This document shows positions 44,530-52,147 of a DNA stretch of 64,000 nt, in pieces. Numbering within the stretch: position 1 is the stretch's first letter; each line of letters opens with the position of its first letter. This stretch comes from a virus. Made by a program: the position numbers and the translations under genes. Under the pieces are notes generated by a model. That model was given only the letters and a program-made list of their open reading frames with translations. It ran no database searches and was not told where the DNA came from. Where the stretch lies: the IMG/VR virus record IMGVR_UViG_3300045988_135095; one strand, 5' to 3'.

Positions 44530-45244
44530 CGAGAAATTCCTTGTTTACGATTTCCTTAACCCAATCCTTGCTTGACTTAGCCAAATAAGGATTCTTGAAC
44601 TCACTCTCCCAATCTACAGACTCAACATCAAACTGGTTGTCGTAGGTCTTACTGTTTCTAGGAATGCCACCTACGGCGCCTGGATTGTTGAACGTGCTTC
44701 TGTATGCACCGAAATGCTGAACCAGACCGGGAACGATAGCGTAAAGGTCGATACCCTTTGCTTGAAGGTATGCCTTAAGGCGCGAATCATCATAACGTGT
44801 CTGATCATCCGTCATCTTGTTTGAAGTTTCAACAAAGTCCTTGGCTAGGTCATTTGGATATACGCTAGCCTGCAGCCAGAAATTAGTCTTTGTAGAAATA
44901 ACGTGCTTGCCCTTTGCGTAACAATCAGTATAGTCACCATTTGTTGGATTGTAGAAACTGATAACGTTGTTTTCGGGAGCAAAAGAGAGAATATGTAAAA
45001 TCTTGGCAAGAATGTTGCGGTCAAAGGTAATGTCATCGTGAATAACCATGCGATGGGTTCCTTCCGCTACCTCTTGCGTCAACGCTTGGGAATAATTGTC
45101 CCAAAGACCCTTACCTCGGTCCATAGAGATACTGACAGGAATGCCATAAGGCTTCGTGCTAGTCTCTATCAACTTCTTAAGGTATTTGCCCTCACGTTCT
45201 CGCTTCGGAACGTTGAGGATGATAATCTGAGAGAGTTTAATCAT
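44510..45244 (-). CDS. GT-A-like glycosyltransferase candidate
   Basis: 244 aa. The N-terminus IIILNVPKREREGKYL and VIHDD (DxD-like) resemble GT25/GT2-type transferases. Weak call. Confidence 0.35.
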   Translation of the reverse strand: MIKLSQIIILNVPKREREGKYLKKLIETSTKPYGIPVSISMDRGKGLWDNYSQALTQEVAEGTHRMVIHDDITFDRNILAKILHILSFAPENNVISFYNPTNGDYTDCYAKGKHVISTKTNFWLQASVYPNDLAKDFVETSNKMTDDQTRYDDSRLKAYLQAKGIDLYAIVPGLVQHFGAYRSTFNNPGAVGGIPRNSKTYDNQFDVESVDWESEFKNPYLAKSSKDWVKEIVNKEFLDEYKKL

Positions 45245-45252
45245 ATGCGTAA

Positions 45253-45912
45253 TTATTTAGTTACTGTCCATTCTCCACCTCGCTTGGCAATCTTGCTGAT
45301 GGCTACTGCCAAACGGTTTCTGTTCATATCGCTACCATAGAAAACCTTACCTGCGTCATAGGCTGCTTGGGCAACAAGTCCTTGACCCATGAAGAAGTCT
45401 GTGATAGAACTGAACGGAACATCCTTACAAATCTTGAACACCGCATCCCATTCATCCATACCCTGGAGCCCCCAGTCTTCTGCCTGCTTGGTGCCTTGGA
45501 TAATCCAGCACTTGCAATCTGGCTTATGATAATAGGTGTTCTCGTAGATTTTTACATGAGGAAACAGCGATTCTACCATAGGAACCAATTGGTTCTTGTT
45601 TCGATAGAAGCACTCGACGAATAGTCTGTCCGGGTTAATCTGCTCGATGCACCTCTTGATGTGGGCAACGAACTCGTCAAAATTATCAACCGGGCATTGC
45701 TTCTCCGCCTTAGTATAATACGCTTTGAGGACGCCTTTACTTCCTGCCGGGTCGATGAATACGCAATCGGCATTCTTCGAAAACTCCGGAAGCCCCAAAG
45801 TAATATCGGCAATGGTAATCTTGCTACCATTGCCTAAACTGTAAATCTCGCCTTCTGTGATGGGGTATTTATCAATACTGCCATCATAACGCAAACCTTT
45901 CTGTGATGTCAT
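45253..45912 (-). CDS. beta-class (permuted) DNA methyltransferase-like protein with DPAG in place of DPPY
   Basis: The ATG at 45912 forms an ATGA overlap. Motif-IV position reads VFIDPAGSKG. C-terminal motif-I-like FFMGQGLVAQAA...YGSDMNRNRLAVA. Confidence 0.5.
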   Translation of the reverse strand: MTSQKGLRYDGSIDKYPITEGEIYSLGNGSKITIADITLGLPEFSKNADCVFIDPAGSKGVLKAYYTKAEKQCPVDNFDEFVAHIKRCIEQINPDRLFVECFYRNKNQLVPMVESLFPHVKIYENTYYHKPDCKCWIIQGTKQAEDWGLQGMDEWDAVFKICKDVPFSSITDFFMGQGLVAQAAYDAGKVFYGSDMNRNRLAVAISKIAKRGGEWTVTK

Positions 45913-46451
45913 ACGCAATTTACTATTAAATAATTGTGATACTCTGATACGTTTTCTTCACCAAAAAGACTGCACAAGACCTTCTTTGAATAGAAAAAAT
46001 GTCTGAACTCCACATCACACTTCTCATAAGTGACCGGATGATATTTCTCCTTGTAGAACATCAAGAACTTGCGAGCCTTGCACTGCGATATTGCCAGAAC
46101 GGCATAACGGGAAAGATAAGATGGGGAACCGAACAATGCTACGATATTCTCGAAATTCCTGCAATCTAAACTCTTTCCGTCGAAAGGCTCACATACAACC
46201 CTATCCTTATAGGCTGGGTATTTGTTAGTGAACTGCTCCAACATTCCTTTACTAGGATCAATTCCTAGATATTCCTGTGGGTCGATTTTTGCAATCTCTG
46301 TCAGCAAGCCGGTACCACATCCGATGTCTAGGATTGAACCGCTGAGAGGTGGGAGCATTTGCCCCACCTCACGGTTCTCAACGAGACTCATTTCATCACG
46401 AAACAAAGTGTCGTACTTACTTGCTATTTTATCATACTGGGAATAATTCAT
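45909..46451 (-). CDS. class I SAM-dependent methyltransferase
   Basis: 180 aa with motif I ILDIGCGTGLLT. Confidence 0.7.
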   Translation of the reverse strand: MNYSQYDKIASKYDTLFRDEMSLVENREVGQMLPPLSGSILDIGCGTGLLTEIAKIDPQEYLGIDPSKGMLEQFTNKYPAYKDRVVCEPFDGKSLDCRNFENIVALFGSPSYLSRYAVLAISQCKARKFLMFYKEKYHPVTYEKCDVEFRHFFYSKKVLCSLFGEENVSEYHNYLIVNCV

Positions 46452-47277
46452 TTTCTACTGTTGCCTGTTGCCAGGTGATTTTTTTACTTGAAATGGTTAC
46501 GAAATTCTTGTGATTGTATATGTTACAATTCGGGAACATCGATTTCAACTGCATTCTGTCATAGGTGAAATGGTGCATTTCCTCGAACTCTGCAGGGGTG
46601 TAGTCATCCTTGTAGAACATAAGGCAATAATCCAAACCACTCTCGCCCAGTTTGCGGAGATACTGAGGCATGAAGTAGGAAGCGGTACCGAAAAGAGCAA
46701 CCACAACGCTGTCTGCCGACATCCATTTCTTTATCGCCTCCTCAAAAGAAATAGTAGAACATCTTCGGAAAAAACCAGAGGTCTTCTCCCTGAACTGCTT
46801 GATTGCTTTCTTGCTAGGATCAACTCCATAATACATTTCCGGCTTTATCTTGGTGAAAGCGACGAAGTCTCCGTTTCCGATGCCTGCCTCGAAAAATCTT
46901 CTGTCCTTGAACGTGAACATGATAGATTTTGCCATCACGTCCATTTCCTGATTCGAATAGATTCGCGGTACCGGCCACTCCAGGAAGTCGAACTCGTTGA
47001 AAACCTTCTGTCTGTTCAAAATCCAAGTAGTCTCGAATGGGTCACCCATCGTCCAATACTTGTAACCATCAATGTAAAGGTAAGGGAAATTATACTTCCC
47101 CCATCTTTCATGGACTCCATTGTCTCGCTGTGCGCTGACGAAGTAATAGAACTCGTCGTTTGTCAATGCGCACTTGTCTCTGTGAATGTACTCATGAGGA
47201 ACGTCTATCATTGAAGTGGCCCATTGCCACTTACAACGCTTGATGAACTCTCTGAGCTTACTGTAATCGTATTCCAT
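46432..47277 (-). CDS. methyltransferase paralog with extra N-terminal domain
   Basis: The C-terminal half (EAGIGNGDF...VVALFGTASYF...LMFYKDDY) parallels the product of 45909..46451. The N-terminal ~120 aa (WATSMIDVPHEYIHR) is unassigned. Confidence 0.5.
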   Translation of the reverse strand: MEYDYSKLREFIKRCKWQWATSMIDVPHEYIHRDKCALTNDEFYYFVSAQRDNGVHERWGKYNFPYLYIDGYKYWTMGDPFETTWILNRQKVFNEFDFLEWPVPRIYSNQEMDVMAKSIMFTFKDRRFFEAGIGNGDFVAFTKIKPEMYYGVDPSKKAIKQFREKTSGFFRRCSTISFEEAIKKWMSADSVVVALFGTASYFMPQYLRKLGESGLDYCLMFYKDDYTPAEFEEMHHFTYDRMQLKSMFPNCNIYNHKNFVTISSKKITWQQATVENELFPV

Positions 47278-47296
47278 CGCTGCAAATTTAATAAAA

Positions 47297-47313
47297 TATT
47301 TAATGATTAAATA
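47297..47313. promoter_or_regulatory. 17-bp palindrome TATTTAAT-G-ATTAAATA (copy 3)
   Basis: Perfect palindrome 20 nt upstream of the ATG at 47277, next to a TAAATTTGCAGC -7-like box (47283..47290). Confidence 0.35.
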
Positions 47314-47408
47314 TCTAAAATCTAAAATTAACTATATTTTAACATAAAATTGTGCATATATGCGGCTTGGATAGTCAAAAACACCGCAAAATAGGCTCTT
47401 CTCATACG

Positions 47409-47440
47409 CAAAGGTACGAAAAAATCTCGATATATGCAAA
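47409..47440 (-). promoter_or_regulatory. promoter TTTG-N20-TACCTTTG (cassette D)
   Basis: Minus strand reads TATATTTGCATATATCGAGATTTTTTCGTACCTTTG. Confidence 0.55.
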
Positions 47441-47477
47441 TATATCAAACGGAAATTTTAGCCAAAAATACTAAAAA

Positions 47478-48749
47478 TTACGCCGTTCTACTAGCCCTGT
47501 TTGGGAGCCTGGATTCTATCTGCCACAGATTATCTTTGATAAGCTTCAGAATGGTATCGTGAAAAGCGGAATTGATGTTTCCGTGGCCCTGGCATTGAAC
47601 AACGGTAACATCGGCTAAGTTTACCTCGATTGTCTCCATACGCTGCCCGTTTACCTTGGCAGAAAGTATGAGGCAGTTCGGCTTTCTGTTCACATCGTAA
47701 TAACGATTCCTAAATACACAGTGCCCCATTTCCTTGCCCTCTTCAAAGAACTCCTGGACGGACTTAAGAACCTGTATGTCTATGGCGCCATCCTTTATGT
47801 CAATGTCAAAGAACTGCTTTCTTCTGTCAACATATACATTAGCCATTGCTTCTGCCTTTTTCTTATTCTCCTCTTCGGCTTTAGCAGCTTGCTCCAGATA
47901 TCTGAGTTGCATTTTCTCTTCCGCAATCAGACGCAGCTTAGTCATTCTGTCCTCCATTTTCTTTTTCTTGTTGTCTGCTGCCTTTAGCCACTTGTCGTGC
48001 GCCTCACGAAGATTCTCCGGGCAAACTATAGAAGGGTTACGTACATCTTTCTTAAGATACATAATACTGTCGAGCATATCCCACCACAAGCTATCGTAAA
48101 TATAAGAAGCCTTTCCGTGTCTGACAACAATCTTGACGGCAGACATTTTTTCTCTGTCGAAGACAGCTTCATGGTACTTACACACCTTCCACATATCAAT
48201 ATCACGTCTCATGAGAGTTTCATTGTATGGGTTAGCATTGACGGAACGGAAGATTTCGTCACACAGAATCTTTTCCCCGAAGTCTCTGAGAGCATATTTA
48301 TACTTGCCTTGGACTGAAGCGTAATATACTCCATCGAATCCAATATCACGAGGATCACCCAAGAAACTCCATACAGTATGCGTTCTTACTTCCAACTTTC
48401 CGAAAGCAGAAAAAGCATCTTCTATATATCCGCTGGTTCGCTGCCTGGCAAGGAAAACATATTCCCCATCTTTCAACCATTGCTGCATACACTCCTTGAA
48501 GTAAATCTTCTCCTTAATCATCTTGTGGAACCGGAACTTCGCTCTTACCTGAAAGTATCTGAGGACCTGCCATCCCTTGAATGTGCATACTAGATAGAAA
48601 CACCCTCTTGAAAATCTGTCACCATACTTGTAGGCATCATCTTCAGAGATGCAAGTCTTGATGGCCCACTCACGCTGTTTGTCTGATAACTCCGGAATTC
48701 TGTCCGAGAGTTTTACAACTTTACGTTCTGTCTTATTTCTTGGCTTCAT
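47478..48749 (-). CDS. PcfJ-like protein
   Basis: 423 aa. The C-terminal EEGKEMGHCV and the overall size resemble PcfJ-like proteins (from memory). Confidence 0.55.
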   Translation of the reverse strand: MKPRNKTERKVVKLSDRIPELSDKQREWAIKTCISEDDAYKYGDRFSRGCFYLVCTFKGWQVLRYFQVRAKFRFHKMIKEKIYFKECMQQWLKDGEYVFLARQRTSGYIEDAFSAFGKLEVRTHTVWSFLGDPRDIGFDGVYYASVQGKYKYALRDFGEKILCDEIFRSVNANPYNETLMRRDIDMWKVCKYHEAVFDREKMSAVKIVVRHGKASYIYDSLWWDMLDSIMYLKKDVRNPSIVCPENLREAHDKWLKAADNKKKKMEDRMTKLRLIAEEKMQLRYLEQAAKAEEENKKKAEAMANVYVDRRKQFFDIDIKDGAIDIQVLKSVQEFFEEGKEMGHCVFRNRYYDVNRKPNCLILSAKVNGQRMETIEVNLADVTVVQCQGHGNINSAFHDTILKLIKDNLWQIESRLPNRASRTA

Positions 48750-48759
48750 AACTCACATA

Positions 48760-49194
48760 TTAAAAATCAAACAAACTCAACTGACCAATCTCAGCATCTT
48801 TCTTTCTCTGAGCCTCGGCTTTCTTCTTCAAGCGCTCCTTCTCAGCGGACTCCTTCTTCTGGAGTTCGATGATTTTGGCTTGCTTGAATTCCTCCTCAGC
48901 CTTCTTCTCCAGATTCTCCTTGGTCTGGTCTGAGAGATTTGTAACAATGGTGCAATTCTGATTCTTGGTGAATGAAACTTCTTCTTCATTATAATAGTGA
49001 ATTGCAATTCCATAAATCTCATCATCGTCAAACCCCTGTCTTCCGGATTTCTTGACCTCTGAGATAATAAAGTCGCAGCAGTCATCGATATTCTTGCCAG
49101 GCTTGGCGTAATCCTTTGCGAACAATTCATCCTCTGCTGCACGCTTGTCAAGATATGCCTTGATTATCTTCTTGAATGTTTCTGATCCTTTCAT
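48760..49194 (-). CDS. PcfK-like protein
   Basis: 144 aa. FKKIIKAYLDKRAAEDELF... plus a Lys/Glu-rich tail. Directly upstream of the PcfJ-like gene. Confidence 0.5.
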   Translation of the reverse strand: MKGSETFKKIIKAYLDKRAAEDELFAKDYAKPGKNIDDCCDFIISEVKKSGRQGFDDDEIYGIAIHYYNEEEVSFTKNQNCTIVTNLSDQTKENLEKKAEEEFKQAKIIELQKKESAEKERLKKKAEAQRKKDAEIGQLSLFDF

Positions 49195-49393
49195 AACCTT
49201 TCCATTTTTTGAAACCTATAGGCTTGTCTCTAAAACCCTTACGGAATGCTTCTCTCATAGAGATGCAAATGAAATCTACGCTGCATTGTGCCAAGCCCGT
49301 ACAAAACGCACAATCCTCGCAATCATCCATTGGTTCCGCTACGTACACGATGCCGTTAATGACTATCGCCGCTTTCTCCTTGAAGACTGCCAT
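49148..49393 (-). CDS. small Cys-rich protein
   Basis: VINGIVYVAEPMDDCEDCAFCTGLAQC. Similar layout to the product of 49930..50172. 47-nt overlap with the next gene. Confidence 0.35.
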   Translation of the reverse strand: MAVFKEKAAIVINGIVYVAEPMDDCEDCAFCTGLAQCSVDFICISMREAFRKGFRDKPIGFKKWKGYERIRNIQEDNQGIS

Positions 49394-49544
49394 TCCTTTT
49401 CGCCAGCAAAGCCTTTGACCTTATTAATCTTCTAGCCAAATCAAAGTCTTTGGGCCTTGTGGATTTTTCATTAATAAAAGCTGCTGCTTTTTCTAGAACA
49501 CTAAGCAGTTCTCTGAACTCAGTCTTCGTTGTCTTCACTTCCAT
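49356..49544 (-). CDS. hypothetical protein
   Basis: Track ORF with ATG start. Overlaps both neighbours. Confidence 0.3.
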   Translation of the reverse strand: MEVKTTKTEFRELLSVLEKAAAFINEKSTRPKDFDLARRLIRSKALLAKRNGSLQGESGDSH

Positions 49545-49713
49545 ACGCTTTCTGTGCCGTTATAATTCTACAACCGGTGTAATCGTCGGCAGAAAGGACA
49601 ATCTCACCATTCTTAACCTTTTCTCTAATCATGGAGCAAGCATCCGTATTTGATTCTGCCTCTACGGTTATTGTCTTACTCAAAGTTTCTTGAATGCAAA
49701 CGTCATATTTCAT
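49519..49713 (-). CDS. hypothetical protein
   Basis: Track ORF, 64 aa. Confidence 0.35.
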   Translation of the reverse strand: MKYDVCIQETLSKTITVEAESNTDACSMIREKVKNGEIVLSADDYTGCRIITAQKAYGSEDNED

Positions 49714-49714
49714 A

Positions 49715-49927
49715 TTATGTTACCTCCCATGTTTCAATGTTAAACTCGTAGCTTTTACCACTACATTGGCTCTGCCCGATATTGCGCAAATCTTTAAGTT
49801 GCTCTTCCGAAGCTCCATTAGCCTCGGCTGTTGCGTAGCATTTCTGAAGGCTGTCGGCTACTCTAAGCAATTCGCCGCTTCCCTTTGTATGCCAGGCATC
49901 TTCTTTATAAATCAGATATACCTTCAT
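49715..49927 (-). CDS. hypothetical protein
   Basis: Track ORF, 70 aa. Confidence 0.4.
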   Translation of the reverse strand: MKVYLIYKEDAWHTKGSGELLRVADSLQKCYATAEANGASEEQLKDLRNIGQSQCSGKSYEFNIETWEVT

Positions 49928-49929
49928 AA

Positions 49930-50172
49930 TTAAATCTCTTTAAAATGAACACTAGTTCTATCTTTACGTTCACTTGCAAGGCAAGCTAAATCTTCGCAAG
50001 TTATCTCGACGTCATCGCGATGAACGTTTGGAATACATACAATACAATTTGGACAACTCCCTCGTTTTGCCACAACACAATTAATGCCATTGATAGAAAG
50101 CTTTTGACCGATAGGGAAGTCTGCTTCTATACTAGACTTTTTTACATTGATGATATCTTTGTTCTCATCCAT
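49930..50172 (-). CDS. small Cys-rich protein
   Basis: ATG at 50172 (MDENKD) behind an AGGAGGA SD. SINGINCVVAKRGSCPNCIVC. The track start at 50226 is a TTG. Confidence 0.4.
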   Translation of the reverse strand: MDENKDIINVKKSSIEADFPIGQKLSINGINCVVAKRGSCPNCIVCIPNVHRDDVEITCEDLACLASERKDRTSVHFKEI

Positions 50173-50174
50173 GA

Positions 50175-50288
50175 TTAATCCTCCTTTTCTTTTAAGTAAC
50201 GAAGGTATAACTGACAGTTGTCGCAATCAGAATTGCATCTATAACTGTACTCGTTGGCGCAAGCCATAAATAATTCACTTCTTTTCAT
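50175..50288 (-). CDS. very small Cys-rich ORF (37 aa)
   Basis: Manual translation MKRSELFMACANEYSYRCNSDCDNCQLY... Confidence 0.25.
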   Translation of the reverse strand: MKRSELFMACANEYSYRCNSDCDNCQLYLRYLKEKED

Positions 50289-50436
50289 AATGGTGTAAAA
50301 TTAAAGGTCGGGTGCCGTCTTTCCGAGCTGTCGCAAAATAAAGAATATCAAACATTGTTTTGTTATTTAATCCCGACCATTGATTAACGATGATTTTTAC
50401 TTAATTCTACATGTTTCACCTCCAATCTTATTAAGT

Positions 50437-50838
50437 TTAACTTCCATATCCTGTAAATCTGCCAACAGCGGAACTTCTTGTCTCGTTGCACACCGAGCCT
50501 GGCTTAAGATAGTACTTGTAATGCGTACTTCTCTCCAACCTCTTACTCCAGCAGAAACCGAAAGCATCGAACTCCTTGCCGCACCATTCATGTGCGTAGT
50601 AATATTCGTTAGCATGTACCTTTTGCTCCTTGCTGAGCTGAAAGAACAATGCACGATACTTGTTGGCCTCTGTTGGATTCTCCTTAAAATCCTTCTCAAT
50701 CTGCTTACGCTCCTCGGTATATTCAGCCAATTTCTGCTGGTATTCCTCCTCGCTATCGCACAGATAATAATCTGTGTCTGTCCAATGACTATCCCAATAG
50801 GAATTGGAAGACTGATGTATATGATAAATATTTTTCAT
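50437..50838 (-). CDS. hypothetical protein
   Basis: Track ORF. ATGA overlap with the upstream gene. Preferred over the antisense 50380..50859. Confidence 0.45.
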   Translation of the reverse strand: MKNIYHIHQSSNSYWDSHWTDTDYYLCDSEEEYQQKLAEYTEERKQIEKDFKENPTEANKYRALFFQLSKEQKVHANEYYYAHEWCGKEFDAFGFCWSKRLERSTHYKYYLKPGSVCNETRSSAVGRFTGYGS

Positions 50839-51140
50839 TTCTTTTTATCCTTTCTATAAAGGAAGAATGCGTCACCTTGCCAGCCGAAGTTCCTGGACTC
50901 ACATTTTGCAAGTATATGTGTATCTGTCTCGATGAGCACATCTTCATATTTGTCTAACTCAGTTTGTGTATCTGATGTATCTTCTCCATAATCCCATTGA
51001 AGCATAAATTCCAATATTTCATTATGGTCACCGACACAATCCAGTCTGCAAACATACTCGTAATCCCTAATATCTCCAGAACAGCTCTGATGCTGCGGGG
51101 AAATCTCTACGATAAGAGATAAGTAATCGTAATCTTTCAT
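50835..51140 (-). CDS. hypothetical acidic protein
   Basis: Track ORF, 101 aa. Confidence 0.45.
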   Translation of the reverse strand: MKDYDYLSLIVEISPQHQSCSGDIRDYEYVCRLDCVGDHNEILEFMLQWDYGEDTSDTQTELDKYEDVLIETDTHILAKCESRNFGWQGDAFFLYRKDKKK

Positions 51141-51240
51141 ATTATTTATATCTTAAAAGGTAGGCTGCCGTCTTTCCGGCTGCCAGATAAGAATAAGGTA
51201 TCTAACTTGTGGGTGTCCTTAATACCCAAATCGTTAAACC

Positions 51241-51579
51241 TTACTTTTGCCTACCTTTATAATAAGTATATAAATCCATCATACTATTGTAGAACCACTG
51301 CCATGCGACAATCTCCTTCTGCTCTTTAGTAATATCCAGGGCATCAGTAATCATCTTTCTGCGCCAGTTTATCAGTCTGTCACATGACTGGATGATTCTT
51401 GCAATCATCACATGGGCGACATTCTCCATCATTACCGCCTCGCCATTTACCATCTTCAGGGCGTACTTTTCTGCAGCATCGTGCCAAAGGTTGTAGGCTA
51501 CAGAATCATTATTGAGCATCAGATAGAGTTCTTCCATGTCTGCCGTTCTCGTGTATTGTACCATTTCCTTTACCAACAT
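51241..51579 (-). CDS. hypothetical protein
   Basis: Track ORF. GGAGGG SD upstream. Confidence 0.45.
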   Translation of the reverse strand: MLVKEMVQYTRTADMEELYLMLNNDSVAYNLWHDAAEKYALKMVNGEAVMMENVAHVMIARIIQSCDRLINWRRKMITDALDITKEQKEIVAWQWFYNSMMDLYTYYKGRQK

Positions 51580-51581
51580 AG

Positions 51582-52007
51582 CTAGCCCTCCAATTTGTCT
51601 ATATACTCTTTTCTTGCCTCTGTGAACACCTTGGCTTTGCGCTCGTCCGAAAGAAACTCTTTGATAGAGAATCCCAATGCGATAATACCATTCTCAAATT
51701 CCCATGTATATCCGCATTCATGGTTGCCAAACTCATAGATGAGAGCATCCTTTAAATTCTCATCATTTGAATAGAACTCCTCGTCCTCCTTTACTGAACG
51801 CTCGGAAAACTCGATGAACAAATGCTCATCCTCTTTTAGGCAATAGACTCCACAGCCTAAGGAAGAAATCTTCTTTAAGTCTTCCTCGCTGGTTGAGAGT
51901 CCCCACTCAGCCATCATTTCCTCAAACTGTTTGTCTCCAAAGGCAGCTTTCATCGGGAGCTTGTTGAACTCCTTTTGTTGCTTGGCTTTATAATCTACGT
52001 ATTTCAT
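51582..52007 (-). CDS. hypothetical protein
   Basis: Track ORF, 141 aa. Confidence 0.45.
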   Translation of the reverse strand: MKYVDYKAKQQKEFNKLPMKAAFGDKQFEEMMAEWGLSTSEEDLKKISSLGCGVYCLKEDEHLFIEFSERSVKEDEEFYSNDENLKDALIYEFGNHECGYTWEFENGIIALGFSIKEFLSDERKAKVFTEARKEYIDKLEG

Positions 52008-52147
52008 AACTCGTTTAATTTATACGCTTGGCAAGCATTGTCCCCACAATGAGGGTTCTCGGAAAAATCACAAGATCCATATCCATAAATGTCCTCGTGA
52101 AGGAACAATGCACAGTTGCCACAACACTTGTTTATATTCTTACACAT
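52004..52147 (-). CDS. small Cys-rich protein (47 aa)
   Basis: Manual translation MCKNINKCCGNCALFLHEDIYGYGSCDF... ATGA overlap downstream. Confidence 0.3.
   Translation of the reverse strand: MCKNINKCCGNCALFLHEDIYGYGSCDFSENPHCGDNACQAYKLNEL

Noticed and set aside
46510-47214. 234-aa plus-strand ORF
   Set aside because: It is antisense to the methyltransferase paralog, which has recognisable motifs and operon context. It has no upstream signals.
50380-50859. 159-aa plus-strand ORF and 50397..50699 minus-strand ORF
   Set aside because: They overlap the better-supported 50437..50838 minus-strand ORF, which has an ATGA overlap with its upstream neighbour. The plus ORF product is a hydrophobic antisense artefact.
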